A stretch of DNA of 64,000 nt. Origin: Chamaesiphon sp. GTDB taxonomy: Bacteria; Cyanobacteriota; Cyanobacteriia; Cyanobacteriales; Chamaesiphonaceae. The number at the start of each line of letters is the position of its first letter. Positions within the stretch are counted from its first letter, which is position 1. Shown in pieces: positions 1-10,252 of this stretch. Made by a program: the position numbers and the translations under genes. The notes beneath the pieces were generated by a model. It saw only the letters and a list, made by a program, of their open reading frames with translations. It ran no database searches and was not told the origin of the DNA. The stretch is from NCBI GenBank assembly GCA_965246715.1, contig CBDFFH010000051.1, forward strand, positions 96,001 to 160,000, given 5' to 3'.

Positions 1-315
1 ATTGATAGTTAATCTAAGCATAATGGCGGAATATTAGTGATAACCGCACACAAGCAGGTAGATATTCACCTCTCAACAGGTTTTCTTAATATTTGCAGTT
101 TTTGTGATATTATCCTTAACAGATTTAGGCAAAGTCAGTGTATTCATACTGCCCAAGCAAAAAAGTCACCGCGTTCGGCACGTTTATATAGTAGTAATCG
201 ATTGGGTAACAACTGACGACTGTTTGAAGTCTCGAACTAGTCTTCAGCAAGGAGTTAGGGTCGGATTTCAAAGTCAAAAAAAGCATCTAACCACAGGGCG
301 CAGGAGTAGTTAAAG

Positions 316-891
316 GTGAACGTTTTAAACAAATTCAAAGATTTCATGGGTCTCAACGAAGAGTACAGTGATTATGACGAGACGGACGATGCGTATCGCG
401 GCGAATATCCATTGCCAGAACCGATGTTGCCGCAGCCGCTCGAAGAAGAGCGTCGCATCCCCCGCCGGACTACTGTAGATAGATCGCAGAGTGCAAGCAA
501 AATGAATAATGTCGTGGGAATTGGAGTTATGCACGGGGTATCAGAAATGGTGCTGATCGAACCCCGCTCGTTTGAAGAAATGCCTCAAGTAATCGATGCA
601 ATTCGTCAGAGAAAATCGGTTATTTTAAATATGACCTTGATCCGTCAAGAAGAAGCCCAGCGCTCGGTTGATTTTGTAGCTGGTGGGACTTATGCGATCG
701 ACGGTCATTACGAACGTATTGGCGATAACATCTTCCTGTTTACCCCAAATTGCGTTCAGGTAAGTACGCCCAACCAAGTCATTCATGAAGGAGTCGAGCG
801 CCCCGCAGCGCCTCAAACCACGCGGAGCAATCGCACGACAGAACGCTCGATCCCAACTTGGGGTGATGATGCGATTCATGCAGCTCAGTAG
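316..891 (+). CDS. sepF: Cell division protein SepF
   Basis: EPRSFEEMPQVI...AQRSVDFVAGGTYAIDGH...IFLFTP SepF core; RBS AGGAG upstream of GTG; followed by proC as is usual in cyanobacteria. Confidence 0.95.
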   Translation: MNVLNKFKDFMGLNEEYSDYDETDDAYRGEYPLPEPMLPQPLEEERRIPRRTTVDRSQSASKMNNVVGIGVMHGVSEMVLIEPRSFEEMPQVIDAIRQRKSVILNMTLIRQEEAQRSVDFVAGGTYAIDGHYERIGDNIFLFTPNCVQVSTPNQVIHEGVERPAAPQTTRSNRTTERSIPTWGDDAIHAAQ

Positions 892-944
892 AGGCGATCG
901 CGGTTGAGTTAGCTCCTAAGGCTTTCACTTGGTGAAAGTAATAT

Positions 945-1748
945 ATGTCTATCAAAATAGGTGCGATCGGGGGCGGGGTAATGGGTTCGGCCATTTTGTC
1001 CCGCTTACTCGATCGTGGTGTTTATCAAAGTAACGAAATAATTGTTAGCGATCCGACCCTCCAGCAGCGGGAATTACTCCAGCACGAATATGGAGTGCAG
1101 GTAACCGCTGATAATAATTTGGCGGCGACAGCTCCAGTATTACTGCTGGCGATCAAGCCGCAAATTTTCGATCGGGTAATTGCCGATTTAGCTCGACCGT
1201 TGCCAGCACAGTTGGTCATCTCGATCCTCGCAGGAGTGAGTCTCGATCGACTAGAACGCGCACTGCCCGATCGGGCGATCGTCCGCGCGATGCCAAATAC
1301 CCCAGCGACAGTCGGCGCGGCGATGACTGCCATCGCCGCAGGTGCGCGCGTGGGTGAGGGCGATTTAGCCTTAGCCACCCAGATTTTTCAGGCGATCGGC
1401 GAAGTCGTCACCGTGCCAGAATCCTTGATGGATGCTGTTACTGGCTTATCCGGTTCGGGGCCAGCTTATATTGCCATTGCGATCGAAGCGCTATCAGATG
1501 GTGGGGTTGCCGCTGGTCTCCCCCGGGCGATTGCCGATCGACTGGCGTTGCAGACCGTCTTAGGTACCGCACAGCTCCTCAAAGAATCAAACCTTCACCC
1601 CGCCCAATTAAAAGATCGCGTTACGAGTCCCGGTGGGACGACAATTGCTGGAGTGACCCAGTTAGAACGCTCGGGTTTTCGGGCTGCTCTGATTGAAGCC
1701 GTAATCGCAGCAGCGCAGAGATCGCAGGATTTAGGGAAAAGCGGGTAA
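945..1748 (+). CDS. proC: Pyrroline-5-carboxylate reductase
   Basis: IGGGVMG Rossmann motif, RAMPNTP, TGLSGSGPAY, VTSPGGTT. Confidence 0.97.
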   Translation: MSIKIGAIGGGVMGSAILSRLLDRGVYQSNEIIVSDPTLQQRELLQHEYGVQVTADNNLAATAPVLLLAIKPQIFDRVIADLARPLPAQLVISILAGVSLDRLERALPDRAIVRAMPNTPATVGAAMTAIAAGARVGEGDLALATQIFQAIGEVVTVPESLMDAVTGLSGSGPAYIAIAIEALSDGGVAAGLPRAIADRLALQTVLGTAQLLKESNLHPAQLKDRVTSPGGTTIAGVTQLERSGFRAALIEAVIAAAQRSQDLGKSG

Positions 1749-1784
1749 GGAATAAGAATTAAATAACTTACAATTCCTCCTTTG

Positions 1785-1911
1785 GTAGGGGCAATGTCTT
1801 GTCTCGCTTTTTACGTCGGGGAACAAAGGCGTGCGCGAGCCGCTGTCTTGTCGGTTTTTTTATTCGGAGGTTCCCTCCGAATAAAACCGCCGCTTCATGA
1901 ATTGCCCCTAC
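1785..1911. repeat. GTAG-type REP palindrome carrying two tandem ~50-bp hairpin cassettes
   Basis: GTAGGGGCAA[1795-1843][1844-1893]TTCATGAATTGCCCCTAC; uninterrupted form at 50692-50719. Confidence 0.85.
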
Positions 1912-2074
1912 CAAAGATTGGGGTAAGCGTAGATCGGCATCTTATTAAATCCTCATTCTTAAGTAAGTTTGGGAACAGTAGGCGCGAGGGCATTTACTGG
2001 AGTTGCAACAGTACTCATATCTTCAGACTACAATATTACCTGCAGCCACCGCTCTCTATCCATATCTCTAGCAC

Positions 2075-3269
2075 ATGGCCTCTAATTCCAACGTAAGGCG
2101 GAGATCTCAGTCTAATTCGGCTCAAAAATCAACAGCCAACTATGCTCGCGCCGTTGGTGAAGCCGCCGTGCGAAGACAGACTCTACGCGACCGGAACGAG
2201 CAGCGCCAGCCGTTGCATGAAGCCGAGCGTATGGGATCGGTATTTATTTATGTAGTGAGACTGATTATTTTGGGTCTGGGTGCCAGCGCGATTGCGGGTA
2301 CGACAATCGCGATCGTCACTCCGCCCAAACCGCAAGCCACCCAGAGTCCATCGCCACCACCGCAGGATAAATTACCAGCTGAGGGGTTCGATAGCATCAA
2401 ATTAACTCGATCGAGTCCCGAACTAACCGTTTTGCTACAAGCTCTGGGTCAGAAAAATCGTAAATTAGCGGCAAATTATTTATTTGTCGATTTAGATAAT
2501 GGTGAATATGCAGCGGCTGGTGCCGATCGAGTTTTTCCGGCGGCTAGTACGATTAAATTACCGATTTTAATTGCTTTATTTCAGGATATCGATCGGCACA
2601 AAGTTCAATTAGCCGAACAACTGACAATCGATCGAAAATCGATTGCCGAGGGTTCTGGGGATTTACAAGATCGCCCACTGGGATCGAAAGTGAGCGTGCT
2701 CGTTGCCGCGACCAAAATGATGACGATCAGCGATAATACCGCTACAAATCTCATCATCGAGCGGTTAGGCGGTAAATTGGCTCTTAACGAACGGTTCCGG
2801 ACTTGGGGACTTAAAGTGACCGCGATTAATAACCGACTCCCAGATTTAGAGGGGAAAAATGTCAGTACGGCCAGCGAATTGGCCCGAACGATCGCGGCTA
2901 TCGAGCGCGGTAAGATCGTGTCGGACGCTGCCCGGAGCCAAATGTTGCAGATGATGAGCAAAACTTCCCGCAATACCATGCTCCCCCAAGGCTTGGGCAA
3001 GGATGCCAAAATCGCGCATAAAACTGGCGACATCGGCAACGCGATCGCGGATGTCGGCTCGATCGCGCTACCCTCTGGTAAAATTTATATCGCGGCAGTC
3101 CTGGTCGAACGTCCATATAACGACCCTGCTGGCCCCGAACTAGTGCGGAAGATGTCCAAAATTGCCTATCAACATTTTCTCCAGCAACAGTCCACTACTA
3201 CTGCTGTGCCGACTCCGACAATCTCGATCGATCCGAGATTTCCGAAAACAGTTTTCATTAGGAAGAATT

Positions 3270-3271
<2 letters not shown>
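2075..3271 (+). CDS. Class A beta-lactamase-like serine hydrolase (PBP-A type), membrane anchored
   Basis: ASTIK (SxxK), SDN and HKTG motifs; N-terminal TM helix. Confidence 0.9.
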
Positions 3272-3460
<189 letters not shown>

Positions 3461-3465
3461 TTTAT

Positions 3466-4146
3466 ATGCATTTATTAATCCCCGCTGCTGGTATGGGAAA
3501 ACGCATGGGTAGCGATCGGAATAAGCTGCTGGTCACGCTCCTCGATAAACCATTATTAGCTTGGACTTTAATGGCAGTAGAACGCGCCAGCTCGATTAGT
3601 TGGGTGGGGATTATCGGACAGCCAGAAGATCGAGCCGAGATCGAGCAGATCGTCAGCAACATATCGCTATCCAAACCCGTCGAGTTTATCCTAGGAGGTG
3701 CTACCCGTCAAGAATCAGTTTATAACGGGTTACAGGGATTGCCAGCAGCAGCGGAACGGGTATTGATTCACGATGGTGCCAGGTGTTTAGCGACACCAGA
3801 TCTATTCGATCGATGTGCTACGATCTTGGCTACATGTCCGGGCTTAATCGCTGCAATTTCCGTAAAAGACACAATCAAAGTTGTAGATGAGTTAGGAATA
3901 GTTCGAGATACACCCGATCGAGCTAATTTATGGGCCGCCCAGACCCCACAAGGGTTTGAAGTCAAATTACTCAAAGCTTGCCACGATCGCGGACGTGCTT
4001 TGGGTTGGGAAGTGACTGATGATGCCGCATTATTTGAAAAATGCGATTTACCTGTCAAAATTGTCCGAGGTGAAGAAACTAACCTCAAAATCACTACCCC
4101 TGTAGATCTAGCGATCGCTACCTTTATTCTGCAGGGATTAACATAA
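3466..4146 (+). CDS. ispD: 2-C-methyl-D-erythritol 4-phosphate cytidylyltransferase
   Basis: PAAGMGKRMG, RQESVYNGL, IHDGARC, AQTPQGF, NLKITTP. Confidence 0.96.
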   Translation: MHLLIPAAGMGKRMGSDRNKLLVTLLDKPLLAWTLMAVERASSISWVGIIGQPEDRAEIEQIVSNISLSKPVEFILGGATRQESVYNGLQGLPAAAERVLIHDGARCLATPDLFDRCATILATCPGLIAAISVKDTIKVVDELGIVRDTPDRANLWAAQTPQGFEVKLLKACHDRGRALGWEVTDDAALFEKCDLPVKIVRGEETNLKITTPVDLAIATFILQGLT

Positions 4147-4173
4147 CTCATCATTCACACTCGATCGATCCGT

Positions 4174-4773
4174 ATGAACCTGGGGAAATTTTTCACTCGC
4201 GTTGGTATTGCCGTCATTACTGTACTCGGCACGCATATTCCCCTTCAAGCAAGCGAGCTGGGGCCAGAAATAGTTTTGAAATCCGTGTATGCTGGATTGC
4301 GTCAAGTAGATACCACGCGCTCCAATCCTAGAGTGCGGTGGAATGTAGCCAATGGTACGTCCAGTCCCTGTGGGCGAGTTTCGGGCAGCTTATATTGTCC
4401 GCGCAGCAATACGATTTATATTACCAAGCAGCATCTCCAAATGGCTTATCAATATGGTGATGCGGCGTTGGCGTATATTCTCACTCATGAATACGCTCAT
4501 GCAGCTCAGACAGTGGGCGGATTTAGGCCCAGCACGATTACCAAAATCGAACTTCAGGCTGATTGCTTGGCGGGGTTTTATATGGGTGCGATGCCAAATG
4601 TAACGTTTGATCGAAACGATATCGAGCAGATCGCCTCTTTGGCTTACCAGATCGGTGACTATGAATTTAATAACCGCCAGCATCATGGCACGCCAGAACA
4701 ACGTTCTCAAGCTGTGTTATTAGGCTTTCAAGCATCCCAGCAAAATGGAATTGTTGCTTGTCAAATGCAGTAG
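4174..4773 (+). CDS. Secreted neutral zinc metallopeptidase family protein
   Basis: Signal peptide; YCP, HEYAH (HExxH), ELQADCLAG, HGTPEQR motifs. Confidence 0.85.
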   Translation: MNLGKFFTRVGIAVITVLGTHIPLQASELGPEIVLKSVYAGLRQVDTTRSNPRVRWNVANGTSSPCGRVSGSLYCPRSNTIYITKQHLQMAYQYGDAALAYILTHEYAHAAQTVGGFRPSTITKIELQADCLAGFYMGAMPNVTFDRNDIEQIASLAYQIGDYEFNNRQHHGTPEQRSQAVLLGFQASQQNGIVACQMQ

Positions 4774-5030
4774 TTATTAGTAGCTAATGACTACTGACTA
4801 GGGGATTTGTGGCGTTCGATTTAACTATTAGTGCAGATTAGCTGAAAATCTTTAATTGGTACCCATTATTGGTACTATTGATGATGCTGATATCGATCTT
4901 ACAGAACGTTACCGCAATTTAGCATCCCCCAATTTAAGTATTATCCCTACCAAAAAATATTTGAGCCAATCGGGTAGAAACGTTACCCTATTAATAACTA
5001 CTATTAATTTATTGACGAGGCAAAAACAAA

Positions 5031-6047
5031 TTGGAAACTCAAACTAAATCGCCAGAGCGGCTGCAGTGGATAACATTAGATTCGGCGATCGCTGCTAGCG
5101 ATAATGGTAATGATGTGATTCAAGGTTTGAGGCAAAATCCGAAAACTTTACCCTGTCGGTATTTTTATGACGATCGTGGTTCCGAATTATTCGAGCAAAT
5201 TACCGATTTACCCGAATATTATCCCACCCGTACCGAACAATCGATCCTCGAAACTTACGCTACCGAAATTGTGGGACTGACTAGGGCTTGCGAACTAATC
5301 GAGCTAGGGAGTGGTAGCTCTCGCAAAACGCATATTTTACTCGAAGCTTACAGCAAACTCGACAGTCCGCTGCACTATTACCCGATCGATGTCAGTGCTG
5401 GTATTCTCCGCACTACCGCACTAGATTTATTAGATCGCTATCCCAAGTTAAACGTTTGTGGCTTGGCAGGTACCTATGAACAAGCACTCGCACAGCTACC
5501 GCCACGAGTTATCGAAAACCGGATGGTAATTTTCTTGGGTAGCACGATGGGCAATCTCAAAGATGCCGAGCGCGATTTATTTCTCGATCGAGTCCAACAA
5601 GCACTTCAACCTGGAGAATTCTTCTTATTAGGTGTCGATCTCCAAAAACCGATCGACATTCTCGAAGCCGCTTATAATGACAGCCGAGGCGTTACTGCTG
5701 CTTTTAATCTCAATATTCTCCGCCATCTCAATCAGCGTTTTCGTGGTAATTTTAATCTCGATCGATTCGAGCATGTTGCCTTCTTTAATACCGCTGCCAG
5801 TCGGGTCGAAATGCACCTCAAGAGCCTGGCGCATCAAACAGTTACGCTCAAAGATCTCGATTTAGAGATCGAGCTACAAGCAGGCGAACGAATTCACACC
5901 GAAATTTCGCGAAAATTTCATCTGCCAACGCTCACAAATACCCTCGAATCTCATGCCTTGCAACCGCTAAAAATTTGGACAGATCCGAATACTTGGTTTG
6001 GATTAATTTTATGTCAGCGTCAGTGCTTATCTGGTGATTGTCCATAA
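5031..6047 (+). CDS. egtD: L-histidine N(alpha)-methyltransferase (ergothioneine pathway)
   Basis: YFYDDRGSELFEQITDLPEYYPTRTE, IELGSG, AAYNDSRGVTAAFNLN, IHTEISRKF. Confidence 0.93.
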   Translation: METQTKSPERLQWITLDSAIAASDNGNDVIQGLRQNPKTLPCRYFYDDRGSELFEQITDLPEYYPTRTEQSILETYATEIVGLTRACELIELGSGSSRKTHILLEAYSKLDSPLHYYPIDVSAGILRTTALDLLDRYPKLNVCGLAGTYEQALAQLPPRVIENRMVIFLGSTMGNLKDAERDLFLDRVQQALQPGEFFLLGVDLQKPIDILEAAYNDSRGVTAAFNLNILRHLNQRFRGNFNLDRFEHVAFFNTAASRVEMHLKSLAHQTVTLKDLDLEIELQAGERIHTEISRKFHLPTLTNTLESHALQPLKIWTDPNTWFGLILCQRQCLSGDCP

Positions 6048-6134
6048 AGACGGTGTTATAATTTGGCGAGTTTGAGCGAATCTTCACAAATATCTCTGAC
6101 TTCAGCTCGTCAATTATAATTTTAGACAACGATC

Positions 6135-6968
6135 GTGGCAATATCACTAACAGATTTAAAGCTCAAATTATCTCAGCATCAGCTCGATCGAGATTCATTG
6201 GAAGAACTTTGGGAGGTCGATGGGAATAAAGTCTATGGCTTAACTGTTAATGGTGATGAGGCGATCGAGCTTTGGGAAAAGTTATATCGACTAGTTACCG
6301 AGATTGGTTATTATCCAGTGGTATTGGGCGATCGAGTTGAAGCAGTAGGAATTTCGATCGAGCGAACTCAGTGGGGAAACAATTCTGTCGAGCAAATATT
6401 AGCCCAAGTTGACAGCATCGATGCCGATCGATGGTTCGCCGATACAGCCAGAGCAAGACGAGAAGATTTAGAACAGTGTTGGGCGGAGGAAAAAGAGTAT
6501 TACCCAGATTTTCAGGTGAATAGAGATCCCCTCGATCCGCTCACCCTAGCGGAAATCGGTGAATGGAACGATGAGATCGAATCCGACAATGAATATACCA
6601 TCCCCTTCAATATTAGCAATGGCGAACCATTCGTAAAAGTAGCTATTGCGCTCGTTCCTACCGTAATTAGTTGGCAAGTATTTGCATTTATTAAGTTTGG
6701 TAATTGGAATGCTTGTCCAGCACCAGCAGAGCACATTGCGATCTCCAAAAAATGGCATCAACAATATGGAGCGGAGGTAGCTGGCATTAGTAATGATGTT
6801 GTTGAAATGAGAGTAACTAAACCACCGCTCGAGCGGGATGCAGCATTTGCACTAGCACAAGAACAATATATTTACTGTGAAGATATTGTCAGCCAAGGTA
6901 CTGGGACACTGCTGAAATTAGCGGGTGCTTTACTCGATAGTAAAGTTTGGTATTTTTGGTGGGATTAG
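6135..6968 (+). CDS. DUF4253 domain protein
   Basis: GNWNACP...WHQQYGAEV...ALAQEQYIYCEDIV...WYFWWD C-terminus. Confidence 0.85.
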   Translation: MAISLTDLKLKLSQHQLDRDSLEELWEVDGNKVYGLTVNGDEAIELWEKLYRLVTEIGYYPVVLGDRVEAVGISIERTQWGNNSVEQILAQVDSIDADRWFADTARARREDLEQCWAEEKEYYPDFQVNRDPLDPLTLAEIGEWNDEIESDNEYTIPFNISNGEPFVKVAIALVPTVISWQVFAFIKFGNWNACPAPAEHIAISKKWHQQYGAEVAGISNDVVEMRVTKPPLERDAAFALAQEQYIYCEDIVSQGTGTLLKLAGALLDSKVWYFWWD

Positions 6969-7158
6969 GCTCGACGGTAATGAATGCGCGGCTCCTTTAT
7001 TGAATCTGGACTGACAAACTTTGTGAAAAATCATAGTCTAGCCTCGATCGCCTCGCCGCATTTTGTTCTAATCTAGAGGGTAATAAGAAACTAGAGCTAA
7101 GTTAGAGATCCATTACCTAGCTCGATAATATCCCTACATTATCCAGGAGTTCATCAAA

Positions 7159-7482
7159 GTGAGTAGCGTTACCGTCATTAATGACGCACAGTTTAGCAGT
7201 GAAGTTTTAAAGGCAGAACAACCCGTACTAGTCTACCTGTGGGCTGCTTGGTGTGGGCCGTGTCGATTGGTTGCTCCGTCGATCGACTGGATTGCGGCTA
7301 ATTATAGCGATCGAGTTAAGGTTGTGAAGATGGATATCGATAGCAATCCCGAAACTGTCAAAGCCTATAAGGTAGAAGGTGTTCCGGCCATTCGATTGTT
7401 TAAGGGTGAGGAAGTAGTCCACTCTTGCGAAGGGGCAATTACTAAGGATAAATTAGCAACGATGTTAGATAATAATCTGTAG
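7159..7482 (+). CDS. Thioredoxin family protein
   Basis: WCGPC active site, 107 aa, RBS AGGAG. Confidence 0.93.
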   Translation: MSSVTVINDAQFSSEVLKAEQPVLVYLWAAWCGPCRLVAPSIDWIAANYSDRVKVVKMDIDSNPETVKAYKVEGVPAIRLFKGEEVVHSCEGAITKDKLATMLDNNL

Positions 7483-7561
7483 CATTATCGGCCGAAGCCG
7501 CTCCTTGGTAACACACATGCGGAGGAGACCTCCGCGTGTTGGCGCAGCCTCTTCATTAAGT

Positions 7562-7650
7562 AACGCCAGTTCGGGATAAGAGTTGCCTGGAGACTGGAAA
7601 TCGGTGACGGTGCGGAAGCGAAGCAGATATCCTTAACCCGAACTCACATT
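7562..7650. mobile_element. MITE family A (TIR ~AACGTCAGTTCGGGATAAG), 89 bp
   Basis: Imperfect 19-bp TIRs; AAGT 4-bp direct repeat on both sides. Confidence 0.8.
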
Positions 7651-7666
7651 AAGTACCCCTCCTGGT

Positions 7667-7688
7667 GTAGGGTGGGCACTGCCCACCA
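7667..7688. repeat. GTAG-type REP hairpin GTAGGGTGGGCACTGCCCACC
   Basis: Palindromic core; related copy near 48247-48265. Confidence 0.7.
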
Positions 7689-7764
7689 TCTAGGTTTCAG
7701 CCAAAAACAAATAAGTTATGAATTAAGTCAATTCATAACTCATAATTCATAATTCATAATTTCT

Positions 7765-8928
7765 ATGCGGTTCTCCCAACGTCTTCAGCCATTACAATCG
7801 AATGTATTTGCCGATATGGATCGGGCAAAGGGACGCGCGCGGGGACTCGGACAGGAGATTATCGATTTATCATTGGGTTCGTCAGATTTACCGACAGCAC
7901 CCCATGTCATCGCGGCAATACAATCGGCGTTAGCAGATCCGAGGACCCACGGTTATTTGTTATTTAATGGGACGCGGTTGTTTCGAGAGGCAGTCGCAAC
8001 TTGGTACACCAATAAATATGGCATCGCGGTAGATCCAGAGACGGAAGTCTTGCCGCTGATCGGTTCTCAAGAAGGTACGGCTCATTTACCACTGGCAATT
8101 TTGGAGCCAGGGGATATCGCGTTACTAATGGATCCTGGCTATCCTTCTCATGCAGGTGGCGTATATCTAGCTGGGGGCGAAGTCTACCCGATGCCGCTAT
8201 TAGCCGAGAATGGATTCTTACCGGTATTGGGGGATATCCCGGCTTCAGTCCTCGCGAAATCTCGGATGATGGTGTTGAGCTATCCGAACAATCCGACTGC
8301 CGCGATCGCGCCTTTAGCCTTCTTTGAGGAGGCGGTAGCATTCTGTCAGCTACACGATCTCGTACTGGTCCATGATTTCCCGTATGGCGATCTGGTATTT
8401 AGCGATGTGAGCGTGCCCTCGATCTTTCAGGCGGACAGGGACAAAAGTGTCTCGATCGAGTTTTTCACGATGTCTAAGTCCTATAATATGGGCGGCTTTC
8501 GGATCGGTTATGCGATCGGCAATCGTCAATTAATTCAAGCTTTACGCCAAATTAAGGCGGTAGTAGATTTCAATCAATACTTAGGTATTTTACAAGGCGC
8601 GATCGCAGCGCTCACTGGCGACCAAACTCCAGTACATATTACCGTCGATACTTTCAAACAACGTCGCGATACTTTTGTCCGCGCACTCCATGACATCGGT
8701 TGGCAAGTACCCAACCCCGACGCAACGATGTATATCTGGGCAAAGCTGCCCCCACAATGGGCACATAGTTCGATGGAGTTTTGCACCGAGCTAGTCGAGC
8801 AAACGGGGGTAGCGGCGGCTCCTGGTGTTGGATTTGGGAAATGTGGCGAGGGCTACGTGCGGTTTGCTCTGGTACACGAGCCAGCTAAATTACAATTAGC
8901 AGTCGATCGGATCGCAAAATTCCTATAG
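7765..8928 (+). CDS. PLP-dependent class I/II aminotransferase (LL-diaminopimelate aminotransferase-like)
   Basis: GSQEG, YPNNPT, HDFPY, MSKSYNMGGFRIG (PLP lysine). Confidence 0.88.
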   Translation: MRFSQRLQPLQSNVFADMDRAKGRARGLGQEIIDLSLGSSDLPTAPHVIAAIQSALADPRTHGYLLFNGTRLFREAVATWYTNKYGIAVDPETEVLPLIGSQEGTAHLPLAILEPGDIALLMDPGYPSHAGGVYLAGGEVYPMPLLAENGFLPVLGDIPASVLAKSRMMVLSYPNNPTAAIAPLAFFEEAVAFCQLHDLVLVHDFPYGDLVFSDVSVPSIFQADRDKSVSIEFFTMSKSYNMGGFRIGYAIGNRQLIQALRQIKAVVDFNQYLGILQGAIAALTGDQTPVHITVDTFKQRRDTFVRALHDIGWQVPNPDATMYIWAKLPPQWAHSSMEFCTELVEQTGVAAAPGVGFGKCGEGYVRFALVHEPAKLQLAVDRIAKFL

Positions 8929-9399
8929 TCTCAGATCTTGTAGAGACGTTCGGTATTTCTGTCCCGATGACCGAATGCGATGCGTCGATATATCCGATAT
9001 CTGTTGTGCGATTGCCGATCGTCAAAATCGAATATAAGAGCTAAGATCGTGGGGGATAAAGCAAATAAATCTATAATTACAACTTGCACATTATTTGTAA
9101 TTTCGATCGACACAGCAAAGATTAGTACTCCGAATGAATCCATATCAAATCTTTCAGACAACCAATCGAGAACGCGTGAGCGATGGTAAGGTCGTCCCGA
9201 TTTTGAGTGAGTGCGAATCGGCTCAGCAATTACTAATTTAATGGTATCGATTGGGTAAATCGCTTTGGGCGGTGGTAGAGAGTATGCAAATTACAACCAG
9301 CGATCTAGAACACACCCACCGAGTCACATGAAGGCTATAATCCAGTCATACAGTAGGTTTATACGCTGTCGCTCCTGCATACTTATTCCGGTGACTCCC

Positions 9400-10098
9400 A
9401 TGCGTTTTCTAATTTATGGACTTGGTTTAAATATCACACTGTGCGGATTGCTGTCGCCAAATTTAGCAATGGCTGCGCCAACATCGCCAGTCGCAATCTT
9501 ACCAGCGCCGAGTCAGCAATTAGAACTCACACCAACCTCGATCGAGGAGGGCACGGTAATTCAAGGTAATGGCGTAGAATTCACAGTCCCGAATGGATTT
9601 GAAGGTGGTGCTCCATCTGATACTCAGACGAAAACGCTCATCCAGGAGACCGTAAAAATGTTTCCTTCGATGGGATCTTTTGTAGAAATGTTAGACCGCG
9701 ATCCGGGGACATTTCGCGCGATTGCCATGAATACTAGCGCAACTAACGCTAATCCCAGTATCGTACTCATCACGCGCTTACCAGTCCCCGCAGATACCTC
9801 TTTGACATATCTGCAAGAGGCAATGGCCAAAATGATGCCTGCGATGCTGCCAGCAGGCTTTAAGTTAACCGACAGTCGAGTAGTTAAGATTGGAGATCGC
9901 CAAATCGTTAAATTAGCAATCTCTGGCAATATTCAAGGCACTAAGCTTAAAGAGTCGATCGCGTTATTAAAAGAAGGCGATGATGTCTTTCAAATTACCT
10001 ACGTATTTGACGATCGAAATGCCCGCCAAGCTCGTCCGGTGTTCGAGCGGATGGTGCGCACGTTTAAAGCTGATTCTACAGTAGCGACGGGTAACTAG
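9400..10098 (+). CDS. Secreted hypothetical protein (possibly PsbP/DcrB-like fold)
   Basis: ATG at 9400 gives a signal peptide ending AMA; FTVPNGF and QITY...FERMVRTFK patterns. Confidence 0.7.
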   Translation: MRFLIYGLGLNITLCGLLSPNLAMAAPTSPVAILPAPSQQLELTPTSIEEGTVIQGNGVEFTVPNGFEGGAPSDTQTKTLIQETVKMFPSMGSFVEMLDRDPGTFRAIAMNTSATNANPSIVLITRLPVPADTSLTYLQEAMAKMMPAMLPAGFKLTDSRVVKIGDRQIVKLAISGNIQGTKLKESIALLKEGDDVFQITYVFDDRNARQARPVFERMVRTFKADSTVATGN

Positions 10099-10252
10099 CA
10101 GTTGAAGCTGGGTTTCGATGTAGTATTGCCGATCGAGTTTAACTGCGCTTGTATCTATGTACGGCATCAATGTAGATTAAAGTTAAATAAATACTTTATT
10201 GTCGAACGGCTTGGCGGCGGCAATCGGTAAATACTATTAACTTTGGTCGCAC

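Noticed and set aside
104..313. 69-aa ORF upstream of sepF
   Set aside because: No RBS or motif; more likely the sepF promoter and leader
1785..1911. CRISPR mini-array
   Set aside because: Only two units, shared ends too short, interiors are hairpins, and no cas genes
1782..2096. 104-aa ORF
   Set aside because: Starts within the REP/cassette repeat and has no protein-like features
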